From Pirellulales bacterium (GTDB taxonomy: Bacteria > Planctomycetota > Planctomycetia > Pirellulales > JAEUIK01): DNA of 64,000 nt. Position 1 is the stretch's first letter; every line of letters begins with the position of its first letter. Both the position numbers and the translations under genes were made by a program. Below are positions 52,270 through 62,699 of this stretch, piece by piece. Location: positions 597 through 64,596 of the forward strand of contig JAIBBY010000003.1 in assembly GCA_019694455.1 (NCBI GenBank), in the 5' to 3' direction. The notes beneath the pieces were generated by a model. That model searched no databases. It was not told the origin of the DNA and was given only the letters and a program-made list of their open reading frames with translations.

Positions 52270-53367
52270 CTATCTTCCCCTCCACAACTCGATGGGCCGC
52301 GCGGTGCCGTTGGCCAATGGCAACTCGATCTTGCGGCCTTGGCCCGCCGACGCGTAGGCCGCCAGGATGATTTCCAATGTGGCGCGGCCATCCTCTCCAC
52401 TCACGAGCGGCGCCCTGTCGTCGCGCACGCACTCGACAAAGTGAGCCATCTCCTGTGGAAATCCGTAGTTCCAGTTTTCCTCGTACATGGTGAAGCTCCA
52501 GCCTTTTGTGCCCCCCGACTTCTCCACGGCGTAGTCATACCCTTGCTTGGAGTAGGTATGGATCGAATTGCCACGCAGCAGATCGGCGTAGGCCTGACCC
52601 TCGCCGCCAAACACCTCGGCCCGGTCATCCATGCCTCCTGGCTTTGACCAACTCTCTTCGGCCAGGCCGGTGATGCCTCCCTCGAACTCGACAATGATCA
52701 ACGCGTCGTCGTCGGCCGTGGTGCGATGGCTATGCACGCTGCTGGTCAAATGCGCGTAGACGCTCTTGGCGCGCGGCGGATTGTCGCCGCCCTTGCCAGA
52801 CAACAGCCAGCGAAAGAACTGCACCGCGTGACATCCCATGTCGAGGGCGACTCCCCCGCCACTACGCTGTTCGTTGTAGAACCATTCGCTGTGCGGTCCG
52901 TCGTGCTTCTCCGATTGCTTCACAAGATGCACGCGCCCCAGCGCGCCAGAATCGACAAGCTGCTTCAGCCGCACGTATTTGGGCGCGAAGCATAATTCTT
53001 CGGCGTACATCAACTTCACACCGGCGCGGCGGCAGGCGTCGATCATTCGATCGCATTCGGCCAGCGTCATTGCCATGGGCTTTTCGAGCACCACATGCTT
53101 GCCGGCGGCTGCGACATCGAGCACGGCCTGACAGTGCAGGTCGTTGGGAATGCCCAACACCACCAGATCAATTTCCGAGAGATTCAACAGCTCGCGATAA
53201 TCGGTGAACCAGCGCGGGATCCCTCGCTTTTCGGCGAATTGACGAACGTGTTGTTCGGTAGGACTGGCGACCGCCAAGACCTCCGCATCGGGCACGGTGC
53301 GCAGCGCCTCATAGTGAATGGCCGTAATGAATTGACTGCCCAGCAGTCCCACGCCAACCTTGGACAT
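52270..53367 (-). CDS. Gfo/Idh/MocA-family oxidoreductase
   Basis: 'KVGVGLLGSQFI' is the Rossmann motif, and 'HVVLEKPMA' is present. Confidence 0.85.
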   Translation of the reverse strand: MSKVGVGLLGSQFITAIHYEALRTVPDAEVLAVASPTEQHVRQFAEKRGIPRWFTDYRELLNLSEIDLVVLGIPNDLHCQAVLDVAAAGKHVVLEKPMAMTLAECDRMIDACRRAGVKLMYAEELCFAPKYVRLKQLVDSGALGRVHLVKQSEKHDGPHSEWFYNEQRSGGGVALDMGCHAVQFFRWLLSGKGGDNPPRAKSVYAHLTSSVHSHRTTADDDALIIVEFEGGITGLAEESWSKPGGMDDRAEVFGGEGQAYADLLRGNSIHTYSKQGYDYAVEKSGGTKGWSFTMYEENWNYGFPQEMAHFVECVRDDRAPLVSGEDGRATLEIILAAYASAGQGRKIELPLANGTARPIELWRGR

Positions 53368-53457
53368 AGCGCGCCTCGAGTCGCCAATGAATTGAAATGC
53401 TTGCCGCAAGCAGCGGCAAGTCTGGCGCGACAGGTTGGGCGCGTCAAGCGGCGCGGA

Positions 53458-55560
53458 TCATGGTTCCGCGCATTGTGGCGCGGCGCATTCGGCGGCGACG
53501 CCTTCTGGACTGCCGATCGATTCGGCGGGCTTGTCCCCCGCGACACGGTTAGCGCGAGCCATCCGCCAGGCGCTGGGCGCGACCTGCGCGCCCCACAACA
53601 CAGCGATGGCAAAGCTCGCGAGCGCCGCATACCAATAAACGCTTCCTTGCGGCGCCTCCAGCGCCAGAATGAACGAACCGGAGCAGATCGCCACAATGAC
53701 CAAACCGACCTTGGCGCCGAACGAATGTTTCTGCTGACTGCGCGCGTGTCGATCGATGGCCGATCGCGCAGAGAGGTTAGCCAGTTCGCGCATCGCCGCC
53801 ATGTCGTGATTCAGTTCGGCGGCTTTGGCCCGCTCACGGCGCAGCGTGGCGACCGGCTCGGCATCGACCGCCGACGGCGCGGCTACAGCAGCGGCCGCGG
53901 GTTTGGGCTCGGCGCGTTTCGTCGGCGTCGGTGGCGCAACGCCTCCCTGTTGTCGTGCTCGAGCCAGCAACTTGGCCATATAGGTGTCGATGGACTCCTC
54001 TTCGTCGCCCTCCGCTTCTGATACGGCCGGCAGCGACTGGCTCAATTCCGACGCAGGCGCCACAGGCGTGCCGAGCGAATCGTCGCACTCCGTGTCTTGC
54101 TTGAGGATGCCCGCCAGCGCAAGTCGCTGGAACACATCATCCGTCTCAGTATCCGCGCGCGATGCGTTCTTCACTTGGGCGACTTCCACTTCTTCCTGCG
54201 GTGGCTCCTCCTGTTTGATTTCAGCCTGCCGCTGGTCTAACTCGGCGCGCTCCGCCTCAAGTTGCTGGCAGCTCGCATGGAGCGCATCGCGTTCCGCGTT
54301 CAGTTCGCGGGCGTGCTCGTCGAGTTGGTCTGCCCGTGTCTCTAGCTGCTCCTGCTGTCGACGTTGCTCGTTCAACCATGCCTGCCGTTCAAGCTCCAAT
54401 GCGGCGCGATCGGCCTCGGCCTGACGTTCCAGATCGGCCACCCGCGCATCGAGTTCGGCGCGCACGTGTTCGAGTTCCGCGGCTTGCCGTTCAAGGTCGG
54501 CGCGCTGCTCGGCATTGGCTGCGTCGTTCTGCTGCGTTTGAACTGCCTCGGTATCGGCGCGCTCCTGAGTGTGAGTTTCCAGCTCTCTTTTTTCTTGTTC
54601 TAACCGCGCTACGGATTGATCCAGTTCGGACACACGCGCCGCTAAAGTTGCCCGCTGGTCCTCCAACTGTGCGTGCTCGGCCTCCAGTTCTTGGCGTCGA
54701 ACGTCCCAAGTTGCTTGGTGTTCGCCCAGTTGCTGGCGATAGGTCTGTTCGTTCTTTTCGCGCTCGCGCGCGACTTGATGTCGTTCTTCGACCAACCGCT
54801 GCTCTTCGGCGGCCAATGTCGCCCGTTCGCGCTCCAAATTGACATGCGCTTCGGAAAGCGCATCGCGTTGGCGCAATAGTTCTTCGAGTTGCGATTGCCG
54901 CTCGCGCTGCCACGCGTCGCGCTCTTGGGCGAGAGCCGCGCTGGCACTGGTCGAACTATGAAGCTGCTGCGCCAGCTCAGCGAGTCGGGCGTCTAGCTGT
55001 TGCCGTGTGGCGAGCTGCCATGCGTCCCATTCAGTTTGACGTGAAACGAACGCGCGTTCCGCTGCGGCCAGCGCCGCTTCGGCGTGCTCGAGCTGCTTTG
55101 GCGCGTCAGCGCCCTGCAACGCGCTTGCCGGTGGCGCCTGGCGTGCGCGAGGCGTCCTCTCGACTTTCCGCTGCCGAGTCGTGCGCTGCCCTTTCGGTCC
55201 CAGGACATCCAACATGCAACCACCAAGGCCAATCTGGTCCCCAGACCGGATTGCTGCTTCGGCGACAGCCTCGCCATTCACTTGCAAGTCGCCGGTCATC
55301 GCGCGCAGCAGCGTGTGACGCTCACCGCGCAAGATCCAGCACGCGATTGGAGCGGCGATCTGCAATTGCAGTTGGCAGCGCTCATCGGCGCCGACCAGGC
55401 ATTTAGACTCCCGCACCGTAATCACCTGGCCGTCGCTGGGACCACCGCGCACTCGCAATCGCAGAGGGCGCGCGGCCTTGCCAAGCAGGGGTGTCGTGCT
55501 CGACGTACGCGAACTGCGAATCATGCAGGTCATCTCCAAGAAAGGTCGCTGTGTGCGCAT
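53458..55560 (-). CDS. FHA-domain protein with a ~400-aa coiled coil and a C-terminal membrane anchor
   Basis: The N-terminal 'GGPSDGQVITVRESKCLVGADERCQLQL...GDQIGLGGCMLDV' is FHA-like. A long E/R/Q/A heptad-rich region follows, then two C-terminal hydrophobic helices. The start is uncertain. Confidence 0.6.
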   Translation of the reverse strand: MRTQRPFLEMTCMIRSSRTSSTTPLLGKAARPLRLRVRGGPSDGQVITVRESKCLVGADERCQLQLQIAAPIACWILRGERHTLLRAMTGDLQVNGEAVAEAAIRSGDQIGLGGCMLDVLGPKGQRTTRQRKVERTPRARQAPPASALQGADAPKQLEHAEAALAAAERAFVSRQTEWDAWQLATRQQLDARLAELAQQLHSSTSASAALAQERDAWQRERQSQLEELLRQRDALSEAHVNLERERATLAAEEQRLVEERHQVAREREKNEQTYRQQLGEHQATWDVRRQELEAEHAQLEDQRATLAARVSELDQSVARLEQEKRELETHTQERADTEAVQTQQNDAANAEQRADLERQAAELEHVRAELDARVADLERQAEADRAALELERQAWLNEQRRQQEQLETRADQLDEHARELNAERDALHASCQQLEAERAELDQRQAEIKQEEPPQEEVEVAQVKNASRADTETDDVFQRLALAGILKQDTECDDSLGTPVAPASELSQSLPAVSEAEGDEEESIDTYMAKLLARARQQGGVAPPTPTKRAEPKPAAAAVAAPSAVDAEPVATLRRERAKAAELNHDMAAMRELANLSARSAIDRHARSQQKHSFGAKVGLVIVAICSGSFILALEAPQGSVYWYAALASFAIAVLWGAQVAPSAWRMARANRVAGDKPAESIGSPEGVAAECAAPQCAEP

Positions 55561-55767
55561 TGCTAGCTCGGTGAGCCAATGGCATGTAGGTCGAAAAATC
55601 GCCTAAGTCAAAGTCTTGCTGACGTTTGGCGACGCACCACGCGCAAGAATCGACTGTCGCAATTCTCTCTCGCGCGGGTTGTGGCGGCACATCCCGTACA
55701 ATACGAATAGCTGCGTGATCTCTCGCAAGCCGAAAAGCGGGCAACCGATTGGCAATCCGCGGAATTG

Positions 55768-56769
55768 ATGAACGATCCGGGCGATACATCAGCGTCAGCA
55801 CGATTCGAGTTGCCATGTGCGTGCGGCGCTTGGATGCGCGGAGACTGCGCCCCAGCGCCCCTCCACTGCCTTCGCTGCGGCGCCGTGTTGGCGCTCGGCG
55901 CGCCCGGTTCTACGGCCGGCGCCACTGATTCACAATTGCGGGACCGCACCACACGGTGGCAACTTCCGCGGTTTTGGAACGCGCGATCGGTTGTTTCACG
56001 TCTGGCAAGTTGGTTCACTCTTCCCCGCGCTATCGCCCTGACGATGCTCGCCGTGTTGGCGCTTACTGGCTGGTGGACCTGGGATCGGTATCGATATCGC
56101 TTGGCGAAAGCCGAACTAACTAGAAGCTGGCGTGAGGGCTCGGCCGCGTTTGGCAAAGGAGACTTTGCCCGCGCCGAAGCGCTGCTGCGCAACGCCGATC
56201 GGGCAGGTCAGATTGTCGGCAGGCACGTCTTGCTGTCGCGGCAGGCCCGGCAATTGCATAGCGAGGCGCAAGTCTGGCTGTCGCTTTGTCCGCGACCCCT
56301 CGATGATTTTTTTGTCGAATACTTGGCCGGCGATCCCGCTGCGGCCGTGGCAGCGTTTGATCGAGAGTTAGCAGGTCGCACCCTGGTTTTCGATGGCACG
56401 CTGACCCGGAAGCTGGTTCGCGCGCCAGCATCTGCTAAGAAAGATGCGCCCCCGCGCGCCACGTCCAGCCAATATCAAATAGATTGGATTTGGCGGACCG
56501 ATGCGGTGGAGGTGCGACTGGTCATCGGCGAGCAGCCGGTGCTGGCGAGGTTGCAACTCGAAGAGCCACACCGCGTCGTTTTTGGGGCTCGCCTCGAGAA
56601 GTTAGCCCTTGTCTCACCCGGCGATGGGCAGTGGCAGATGCGTCTGGTCCCCTCCGGCGTGGTGTTGCTTACGGCGGCTACCCCATTGGAACAAGCTCAC
56701 TGGCCAGGCGACGATACCTGGCGGCCGATTCTCGACGAGCAGCGCATCGCGCTGGAGATCATTCCATGA
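55768..56769 (+). CDS. Hypothetical membrane protein with an N-terminal zinc-ribbon-like motif
   Basis: Contains 'CACGAWMRGDCAPAPLHCLRCGAVL' and then one TM helix. Confidence 0.5.
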   Translation: MNDPGDTSASARFELPCACGAWMRGDCAPAPLHCLRCGAVLALGAPGSTAGATDSQLRDRTTRWQLPRFWNARSVVSRLASWFTLPRAIALTMLAVLALTGWWTWDRYRYRLAKAELTRSWREGSAAFGKGDFARAEALLRNADRAGQIVGRHVLLSRQARQLHSEAQVWLSLCPRPLDDFFVEYLAGDPAAAVAAFDRELAGRTLVFDGTLTRKLVRAPASAKKDAPPRATSSQYQIDWIWRTDAVEVRLVIGEQPVLARLQLEEPHRVVFGARLEKLALVSPGDGQWQMRLVPSGVVLLTAATPLEQAHWPGDDTWRPILDEQRIALEIIP

Positions 56770-58226
56770 CACTCCTGATCGCGATCATGCTCCTCGCTGC
56801 CTTTCCGGGTGAGCCACTTGAAGTTCACGAGTTGGAATCGTCGATCGCCAACCATTTGGATCGTGATCTGCGCGTGACCGGCCGCTTTGACTCCTATTCC
56901 GCCGGACGCATGCGGTTGATCGATTCCAAAGTTGACTTTCGGCTCGGCCCAGACGTCGCCGTTCATCGCAATCCGCAGTTTGTGGAACTGACTGGGAAAC
57001 TGAGCCAATCGGGCGGCCACCCAGCTTTTGAAGTCATGTCGCTTGCCAAAATCCCAGGCGAAACGGCGCGTTACGCTGAACTGCGAAAGCTCGTGCAGCC
57101 CGGAGATTACACGCTGCTTTACGAACTTGGCCGCTGGGCGGGCGATCGTGGCCGCTGGTACCAAGACGCCGCCCTGCTGCAACTGGCTCGCCAAACCTAT
57201 CGAGAAGCGTTCCTCTGGGAAGCCGATTCGCTGAGCAAGCCGCGGTCCGCCAATGAGCTGTTGGGCTTAATTGAGCGGGGAGCCGAAGCCGGTATCGATC
57301 CGGTCGAGCTATTGCGGCTCAAACATCGCGCGTTGTGGCTCAAGGTCGCTGCGACGCCTCCCAACAACTCGTCTGCGCTTCGCGCCTTGGCTGACGAAGT
57401 GCGCAAGACATTGCCGCAGCCTGTTGCCGAAAAGACAACTGTACCTACCGAAGAGGCGCTCACCCGCTATCGGCAATCGCCAGAAGAGGTCTATCTCGAC
57501 ACCCCACTGGCCGAGCGCGACCAATGGCACCGTGCGTTCTATGCGCAATTGCTTGCGCAGGCCATTGAATTGGAAGCGGCCCTGCCCCAGGCCGACCTGG
57601 TTGGCTTGGCTCGGGAGATCGAGGAACGTATCCCCGAACACCAAGCACAGGCCCGCGCCTTGGAATTGCGCGCCGCCGAGTCGCGTGCCGTGCAGGTGAC
57701 GAAACTCAGTCGTGGCGAACTCCTTGGGTTGCGCGAAGCGTTTAATCGATTGGGCGAGCCGGCGCGAGCGCGGCGACTCGCCACCGATTGGTTGTCGGCC
57801 GCGCGACGCCGGCTCGAGCCGGCCGACGCGGAAGACCATATCGCGCTGGCCCGCGATTATCTGAGCTGGTTGGACGATCGGACGACGGCCATCGAACTCT
57901 ATAAGGCCGCGTTCGAAATCGCCGATTCGGCCGAAGCGGTCCGCGGGCTGGAGTCGCTCGGACTGGTCCGGCTGGGGGGCGTGTGGCGGCAACGCGACGA
58001 AGCAGCGTCCGGCGATGGCGTGGGTGACTCCGCCGTAGTGCGGCCGGGGGACGCCGAACAGCGTGTGATCGAACTACTGCGCGCGCCGGACCACATTTCA
58101 CGCACCGCCGGCGCTGGCTGGCTTTTTGAACAGTGGCGCTATGCCGGTCCGCCAGAATTGGTGGTTTATCTGCGGCGCAGCACGGCCACCGGCCGGGCGG
58201 TGGTGACACGCGTGGTCGCCCCCTGA
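56766..58226 (+). CDS. Hypothetical secreted protein
   Basis: ATGA overlap with the upstream gene. The signal-like N-terminus is 'MTLLIAIMLLAAF'. Confidence 0.55.
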   Translation: MTLLIAIMLLAAFPGEPLEVHELESSIANHLDRDLRVTGRFDSYSAGRMRLIDSKVDFRLGPDVAVHRNPQFVELTGKLSQSGGHPAFEVMSLAKIPGETARYAELRKLVQPGDYTLLYELGRWAGDRGRWYQDAALLQLARQTYREAFLWEADSLSKPRSANELLGLIERGAEAGIDPVELLRLKHRALWLKVAATPPNNSSALRALADEVRKTLPQPVAEKTTVPTEEALTRYRQSPEEVYLDTPLAERDQWHRAFYAQLLAQAIELEAALPQADLVGLAREIEERIPEHQAQARALELRAAESRAVQVTKLSRGELLGLREAFNRLGEPARARRLATDWLSAARRRLEPADAEDHIALARDYLSWLDDRTTAIELYKAAFEIADSAEAVRGLESLGLVRLGGVWRQRDEAASGDGVGDSAVVRPGDAEQRVIELLRAPDHISRTAGAGWLFEQWRYAGPPELVVYLRRSTATGRAVVTRVVAP

Positions 58227-58694
58227 AGCGGTCCGACGATGCGGCGTTTTGAACCCACGGCTTGAAAGAAAAGGTCGTGGATTTTTTCGCTGCATATCCA
58301 TAACGGTTTTGACGATTATCCATACCGGCCGAGGGGGCGCAGTTTCTGCCGGTTTCGGGAGCGACTTTCGGCCGAAAAGTGTCCGACGAGTGTTTCTGCG
58401 ATCGCTCGCCTGGGTTCATTCCACCAGGCGCCGGCACGCGGAAACGCTGTATGAGCAAGCACTTACCAGCCCTGTCGCGGCGTCGCCGGAATCTTGAATA
58501 AATCCGGCGCCATCGCGACCCATTTTGGACTGCCTACGTACTATATTTTGGTTACGCCTTTGCGGAACCAATCGGGCTGGATCAGGGAATAACGGAACCA
58601 ACTAGAGGCGTTCGCAATCGTTCGAATTTGGCTTGTCTGAAGGGGGGAAATCGCCTTCGGCGCGGCCAGCATCGGACAGCGGAGGGGAAGCAAC

Positions 58695-59135
58695 ATGGCA
58701 CGCAAAGATGCGATTCTGCAGATGCGCCAAAATCTCGTGACGCGGCGCGACGCGCTGCGGCGGGCTTTGGCCGGCGACTTGAGCTCGCTCCACAAGCTCG
58801 ATGCACAAAGCTCGGGCGACATGCTCGACGCCGCGCTGGATCAGGCCCAGGACGAGATCAACTCTCAACTCGCCGAGGTGGAAAGCCGCGAATTGAGCCA
58901 GATCGAAAAAGCGCTGGAGCGCATGAAGGCCGGCCAGTACGGCGTCTGCGAGGTCTGCGCCTCCAAGATCAAGCTCGAACGACTCAAGGCCCTGCCGTAT
59001 GCCACGATGTGCATCGAGTGCCAGCGCGAGTCGGAGCTCAACGGCGGTGGTTACACCAGCGATCGGTTCTCCTTTCCGGAGGTGGACTACAACGATCGCG
59101 ACACCACCATCAACGACATCGAGATCGACGTCTAA
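58695..59135 (+). CDS. DksA/TraR-family C4 zinc-finger protein
   Basis: 'CEVCASKIKLERLKALPYATMCIECQ'. Confidence 0.8.
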   Translation: MARKDAILQMRQNLVTRRDALRRALAGDLSSLHKLDAQSSGDMLDAALDQAQDEINSQLAEVESRELSQIEKALERMKAGQYGVCEVCASKIKLERLKALPYATMCIECQRESELNGGGYTSDRFSFPEVDYNDRDTTINDIEIDV

Positions 59136-59201
59136 CACTCGCGTATCCCGGTAATTCACCTTGCCGAGATACGAATTCACGCCGATTGTTCGCACTACCA
59201 G

Positions 59202-59252
59202 GCACGCTCGGGTCGACTTGACTCGCCTTCGACCCGGGCGTGCTCTATTTTG
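59202..59252 (+). terminator. Intrinsic terminator after the dksA-like gene
   Basis: A 15-bp stem, gcacgctcgggtcga/tcgacccgggcgtgc (one G-U pair), with a 12-nt loop, followed by tctattttg. Confidence 0.6.
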
Positions 59253-59366
59253 TAGCCGCTGGATGACCGCGCGCAATCGCGCTCTAAACACCGCCTGCCG
59301 CACTGCATACAATGCCGTTTGTCGTTCGGCGGTTGCTTCAATTCTGGCCGCGCTGGGAGCAGCGGG

Positions 59367-60575
59367 ATGGCTTGGCTACGGAAGATTGCCGTAATTCGAA
59401 TATTCGCCATTTTGGCGGTCGCTGGCGGCTTGCTGGCCGGGCCGATTGCCAAGGCTCAGGACAGCGGCGAAACTGCCCCTGAATCGCGCGAGCAACTTTA
59501 CGCCGCGCTGCGCCGCGAGGCGGAACAGTTTCAAAAATGGGGCAACATCGTCAAGCTCGTGGTGCGACTAGTTGGTCCCACGGTCGTTCATATCGAAACC
59601 GACAAGGTGGAAAGCCGCCGCGCGGGGGGGAGCCGCATGGTGGAGGAGGCCGGCTCTGGCGTCATCCTCGAAATCAATGGCAACTATTACGTTCTGACCA
59701 ATTGGCATGTGGTCAAAGGCGCCGAATTGGCCAATATCACCATCGAACTGGCCGATGGTCGGCATCTGCATCCCACCTCCGCCCTCAAGGACGAAAAGAC
59801 CGACATCGCGGTGCTGGCGGTAAGCGCCAAGAATTTGGTGGCCGCCACCGTTGGCGATAGCGCCAGCATTGAAATTGGCGATTTCGTCCTGGCCGTCGGC
59901 AGCCCCTTTGGCTTGAGTCACTCGGTCACCTACGGCATCGTCAGCGCCAAGGGGCGGCGCGATCTTGATCTCGGTTCCAAGGAGGTCGAGTTTCAGGACT
60001 TCATTCAGACCGACGCAGCCATCAACCCTGGCAACAGCGGCGGCCCACTGATCAATCTGCAAGGGCAAGTCGTTGGCATCAACACCGCCATCGCCAGCAA
60101 CTCTGGCGGCAACGAGGGAATCGGCTTTAGCATTCCGATCAACATGGTAATGAAGATCGCGCGGCAATTGATTGACAACGGACGCGTTGTTCGCGCCTTC
60201 CTCGGGGTGCGGCTCGACTCCAACTATGGCGCCGAGGAAGCGGAGCGATTAGGGCTAATTCGGCCGCACGGCGCGCTCATCAATGGCATTACTCCCAACT
60301 CCCCCGCCCAACAGGCCGAGTTGCAAATTGGCGACGTGGTAATCCGGTTCAATGGCGTGGCCATCGAGGACGACATTCATCTGACCAATGTCGTCAGCCT
60401 CACCGAAGTCGGACGCGAGGTGCCCGTCGTCGTGCAGCGCGCCGGACAGCAATTCACGGTGCCGGTGCGGGTGGGGAACCGCGAACAACTCGAAGCGCGT
60501 GCGCAGACTGCTCCCCGGCAGGGACCGGCCGATCCACAGCAGCACAGCGTGGAACCATCCGGCGCATTGCAATAA
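59367..60575 (+). CDS. HtrA/DegP-family serine protease with a PDZ domain
   Basis: Catalytic triad contexts 'NWHVV', 'TDIAVL' and 'GNSGGPL'. The PDZ segment is 'PAQQAELQIGDVVI'. Confidence 0.85.
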   Translation: MAWLRKIAVIRIFAILAVAGGLLAGPIAKAQDSGETAPESREQLYAALRREAEQFQKWGNIVKLVVRLVGPTVVHIETDKVESRRAGGSRMVEEAGSGVILEINGNYYVLTNWHVVKGAELANITIELADGRHLHPTSALKDEKTDIAVLAVSAKNLVAATVGDSASIEIGDFVLAVGSPFGLSHSVTYGIVSAKGRRDLDLGSKEVEFQDFIQTDAAINPGNSGGPLINLQGQVVGINTAIASNSGGNEGIGFSIPINMVMKIARQLIDNGRVVRAFLGVRLDSNYGAEEAERLGLIRPHGALINGITPNSPAQQAELQIGDVVIRFNGVAIEDDIHLTNVVSLTEVGREVPVVVQRAGQQFTVPVRVGNREQLEARAQTAPRQGPADPQQHSVEPSGALQ

Positions 60576-60608
60576 GGTCGCGACGACGCGATTTTCCATC
60601 GTTTGCGC

Positions 60609-61544
60609 TTACATCGAAGCGCGCTTCAAGCGGCGAATGATCTCGGACCGCACCGCGTCCGGATCGAAATTCGTCACCACGTCGATATTCCGCCGCCAGA
60701 CCGGTGGCATCCGCCGGTCGAACACCGTGGCGCCAGTCGTCAACTCGCCGCGGGTCTCCACGTCAACCGCCATCACGTCGGTGCTGAATAGTTGCGGCTC
60801 GATTACCGTCATCAGCGCCACGGCATCGTGGACATGAATCCCCTCGAATCCCAACAATTGATGGTGCGTGCGGTAGGCGTGTGGCAGCACACGACGCAAG
60901 AACTTGCCCACGCGCGTCACGTCGGGGGGCAACTGGTCGAGCAGATCATAGGTCATCACCACTTGTCCGGTGATGTCGAGCGGAACCAGCGTCTTGGTCA
61001 GGGGCGAGCGGAGCACCTCGCGCGCCGAGACCGGATCGCAATAAATATTGAACTCGGCCGCCGGAGTGGCGTTGCCCGGCGCTTCAACGCTCCCTCCCAT
61101 GATGACGAGTTGATTCACCAAGTCGGGCAGATCGGGAGACCGCTTGAGCGCCCGCGCGATGTTGGTCAAAGGGCCCAAGGCGACAATCGTGACCTCGCCC
61201 GGCGACTGCCGCAGCACGTCGGCGATGACCTTTTCCGCCGGATGCACATTGTGCAGTTCGGCCACCTCAAAATGGGTGTTGCCCAGTCCATCGGCGCCAT
61301 ACAGGTGCGTGGTGTCGGTTGGCAACCCATGGTCCGGATCGCTGGCGGCGCCGATGCGTGGCAACCGTGGAGGGTCGAGTTGCTCGATGATCGCCTGCAC
61401 GTTGCGCGTGGCCCGCACGGCATCGACGTTGCCCGCGACCGCCGTTACGGCCTCGACTTCCAGCGCTTCGTCAAACAGCGCAATCGACAGGGCCAATGCA
61501 TCGTCGATGCCCGGATCGACGTCGAGGATTACCTTGCGAGCCAC
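60609..61544 (-). CDS. Nucleoside hydrolase (inosine/uridine-preferring family)
   Basis: 'ILDVDPGIDDALAL' is the DxDxxxDD motif. Confidence 0.85.
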   Translation of the reverse strand: MARKVILDVDPGIDDALALSIALFDEALEVEAVTAVAGNVDAVRATRNVQAIIEQLDPPRLPRIGAASDPDHGLPTDTTHLYGADGLGNTHFEVAELHNVHPAEKVIADVLRQSPGEVTIVALGPLTNIARALKRSPDLPDLVNQLVIMGGSVEAPGNATPAAEFNIYCDPVSAREVLRSPLTKTLVPLDITGQVVMTYDLLDQLPPDVTRVGKFLRRVLPHAYRTHHQLLGFEGIHVHDAVALMTVIEPQLFSTDVMAVDVETRGELTTGATVFDRRMPPVWRRNIDVVTNFDPDAVRSEIIRRLKRASM

Positions 61545-61643
61545 ACTGCACTCCCTAGCGGGTGGGGTCCGGCGTTAATGAACGCGATTCTAATGCCGCC
61601 ACCTGGGTTGTGTCATCCGCGAATCGCGCAACTGGGCCCTCAT

Positions 61644-62603
61644 TCAACCGGCGGCCTTGGCCGGGGCCACGCGATAGGCGTCGCGTTCAAGCACGAATGG
61701 TTGCACTGGGCTGGTCACCACCTTCACCCGCACCGGGGGCGCCTTGCCTCCCTGGTCGACCTGGACTCGCAGGATATTTCGGGCCGTGCGAAAGGGATGG
61801 TCATACACCCAGGTGTGGCCGTCGCCATGGAGATACAACACCGGCTTCTTGAGCGTCACCGCGGCCTGCTCCAACCGGTCGAAAAAAGGGTTGGTCGCGC
61901 CATCTTTTCGCCCTGGCCCCGAGTGTCCGAACACCACGAGATGGGTGATTTCCGCGCGATGGGCCTCGACTTGCTGGTCTAGCCAATCGGCGTCTTGTGT
62001 CATGCGCTGCCGCCATTCGTCGCGATGGTGCACCAGTCCGCCCACAAGGTTAAGTCCGACGAACAGCGCGCCGCCGTTAAAAAACGCAAAGTTCTCCGGT
62101 CGCGCTTCTTGTCGAGCCACCGACAACTGATGGGGTTGGCGATCTTCAAATCGCAAGAAATGCTTGGACCACAAGGCCCATGCTTTCTTCGGGCCAATGC
62201 TCCAGCACTCGTTCCATTCGTTGTCGCCGGGAATAATAAAGAGTGGATGCGTGCTGGCGGCGAGCGTTTTGGCCACTTTGGCGTAGGCTTCTTCACGGCA
62301 GGGGTCACGGCCACGTTTGATGTCGCCCACATGGATAACGAACAACAGACTCGGGTCGGCATTGGTGGCGGCGATTTGCTCCACCAGCATCCGCTCTTCC
62401 TCGCGTGAGTACGGAATGTCTCCCAGGGCCGCGAAGGTCACCGTCACTTGCGGACGTGTGGCCGCGCCGTCCGCCCCTATGGAGGACGGCAAAGGCGTCA
62501 TTAACACAAGCAGAAACGCCACGAGCACGAAGCGAAAACAATGCGACACGGTGTGATTCTCTCGATACGTAGTTCGACTGGCCAACGTTGTATCCGGCGC
62601 CAT
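61644..62603 (-). CDS. Secreted calcineurin-like metallophosphoesterase
   Basis: 'VIHVGDIKRG', 'IIPGDNEWN', 'VVFGHSGP' and 'LHGDGHTW'. I placed the start at the ATG at 62603, because the longer ORF would cross the divergent kinase gene. Confidence 0.7.
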   Translation of the reverse strand: MAPDTTLASRTTYRENHTVSHCFRFVLVAFLLVLMTPLPSSIGADGAATRPQVTVTFAALGDIPYSREEERMLVEQIAATNADPSLLFVIHVGDIKRGRDPCREEAYAKVAKTLAASTHPLFIIPGDNEWNECWSIGPKKAWALWSKHFLRFEDRQPHQLSVARQEARPENFAFFNGGALFVGLNLVGGLVHHRDEWRQRMTQDADWLDQQVEAHRAEITHLVVFGHSGPGRKDGATNPFFDRLEQAAVTLKKPVLYLHGDGHTWVYDHPFRTARNILRVQVDQGGKAPPVRVKVVTSPVQPFVLERDAYRVAPAKAAG

Positions 62604-62699
62604 CGTATCAAATAGCTGCCGCTGGGTGGGCGACTTCGCCAGCGGGCTTGGGTATAAAATCAGAAAGCGATCGACAGCCCCCGAGACCGAACGTTGCGC

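Noticed and set aside
58227-58694. The long 468-nt gap upstream of the dksA-like gene, as a possible ncRNA or riboswitch. It contains a weak hairpin plus T-run near 58252-58292 and a 7-bp stem, CGCCGGA...TCCGGCG, near 58475-58500.
   Set aside because: The stems are short, I recognise no known RNA family, and I see no convincing promoter/terminator pair. It is worth an Rfam scan, but I cannot support a feature call from the sequence alone.
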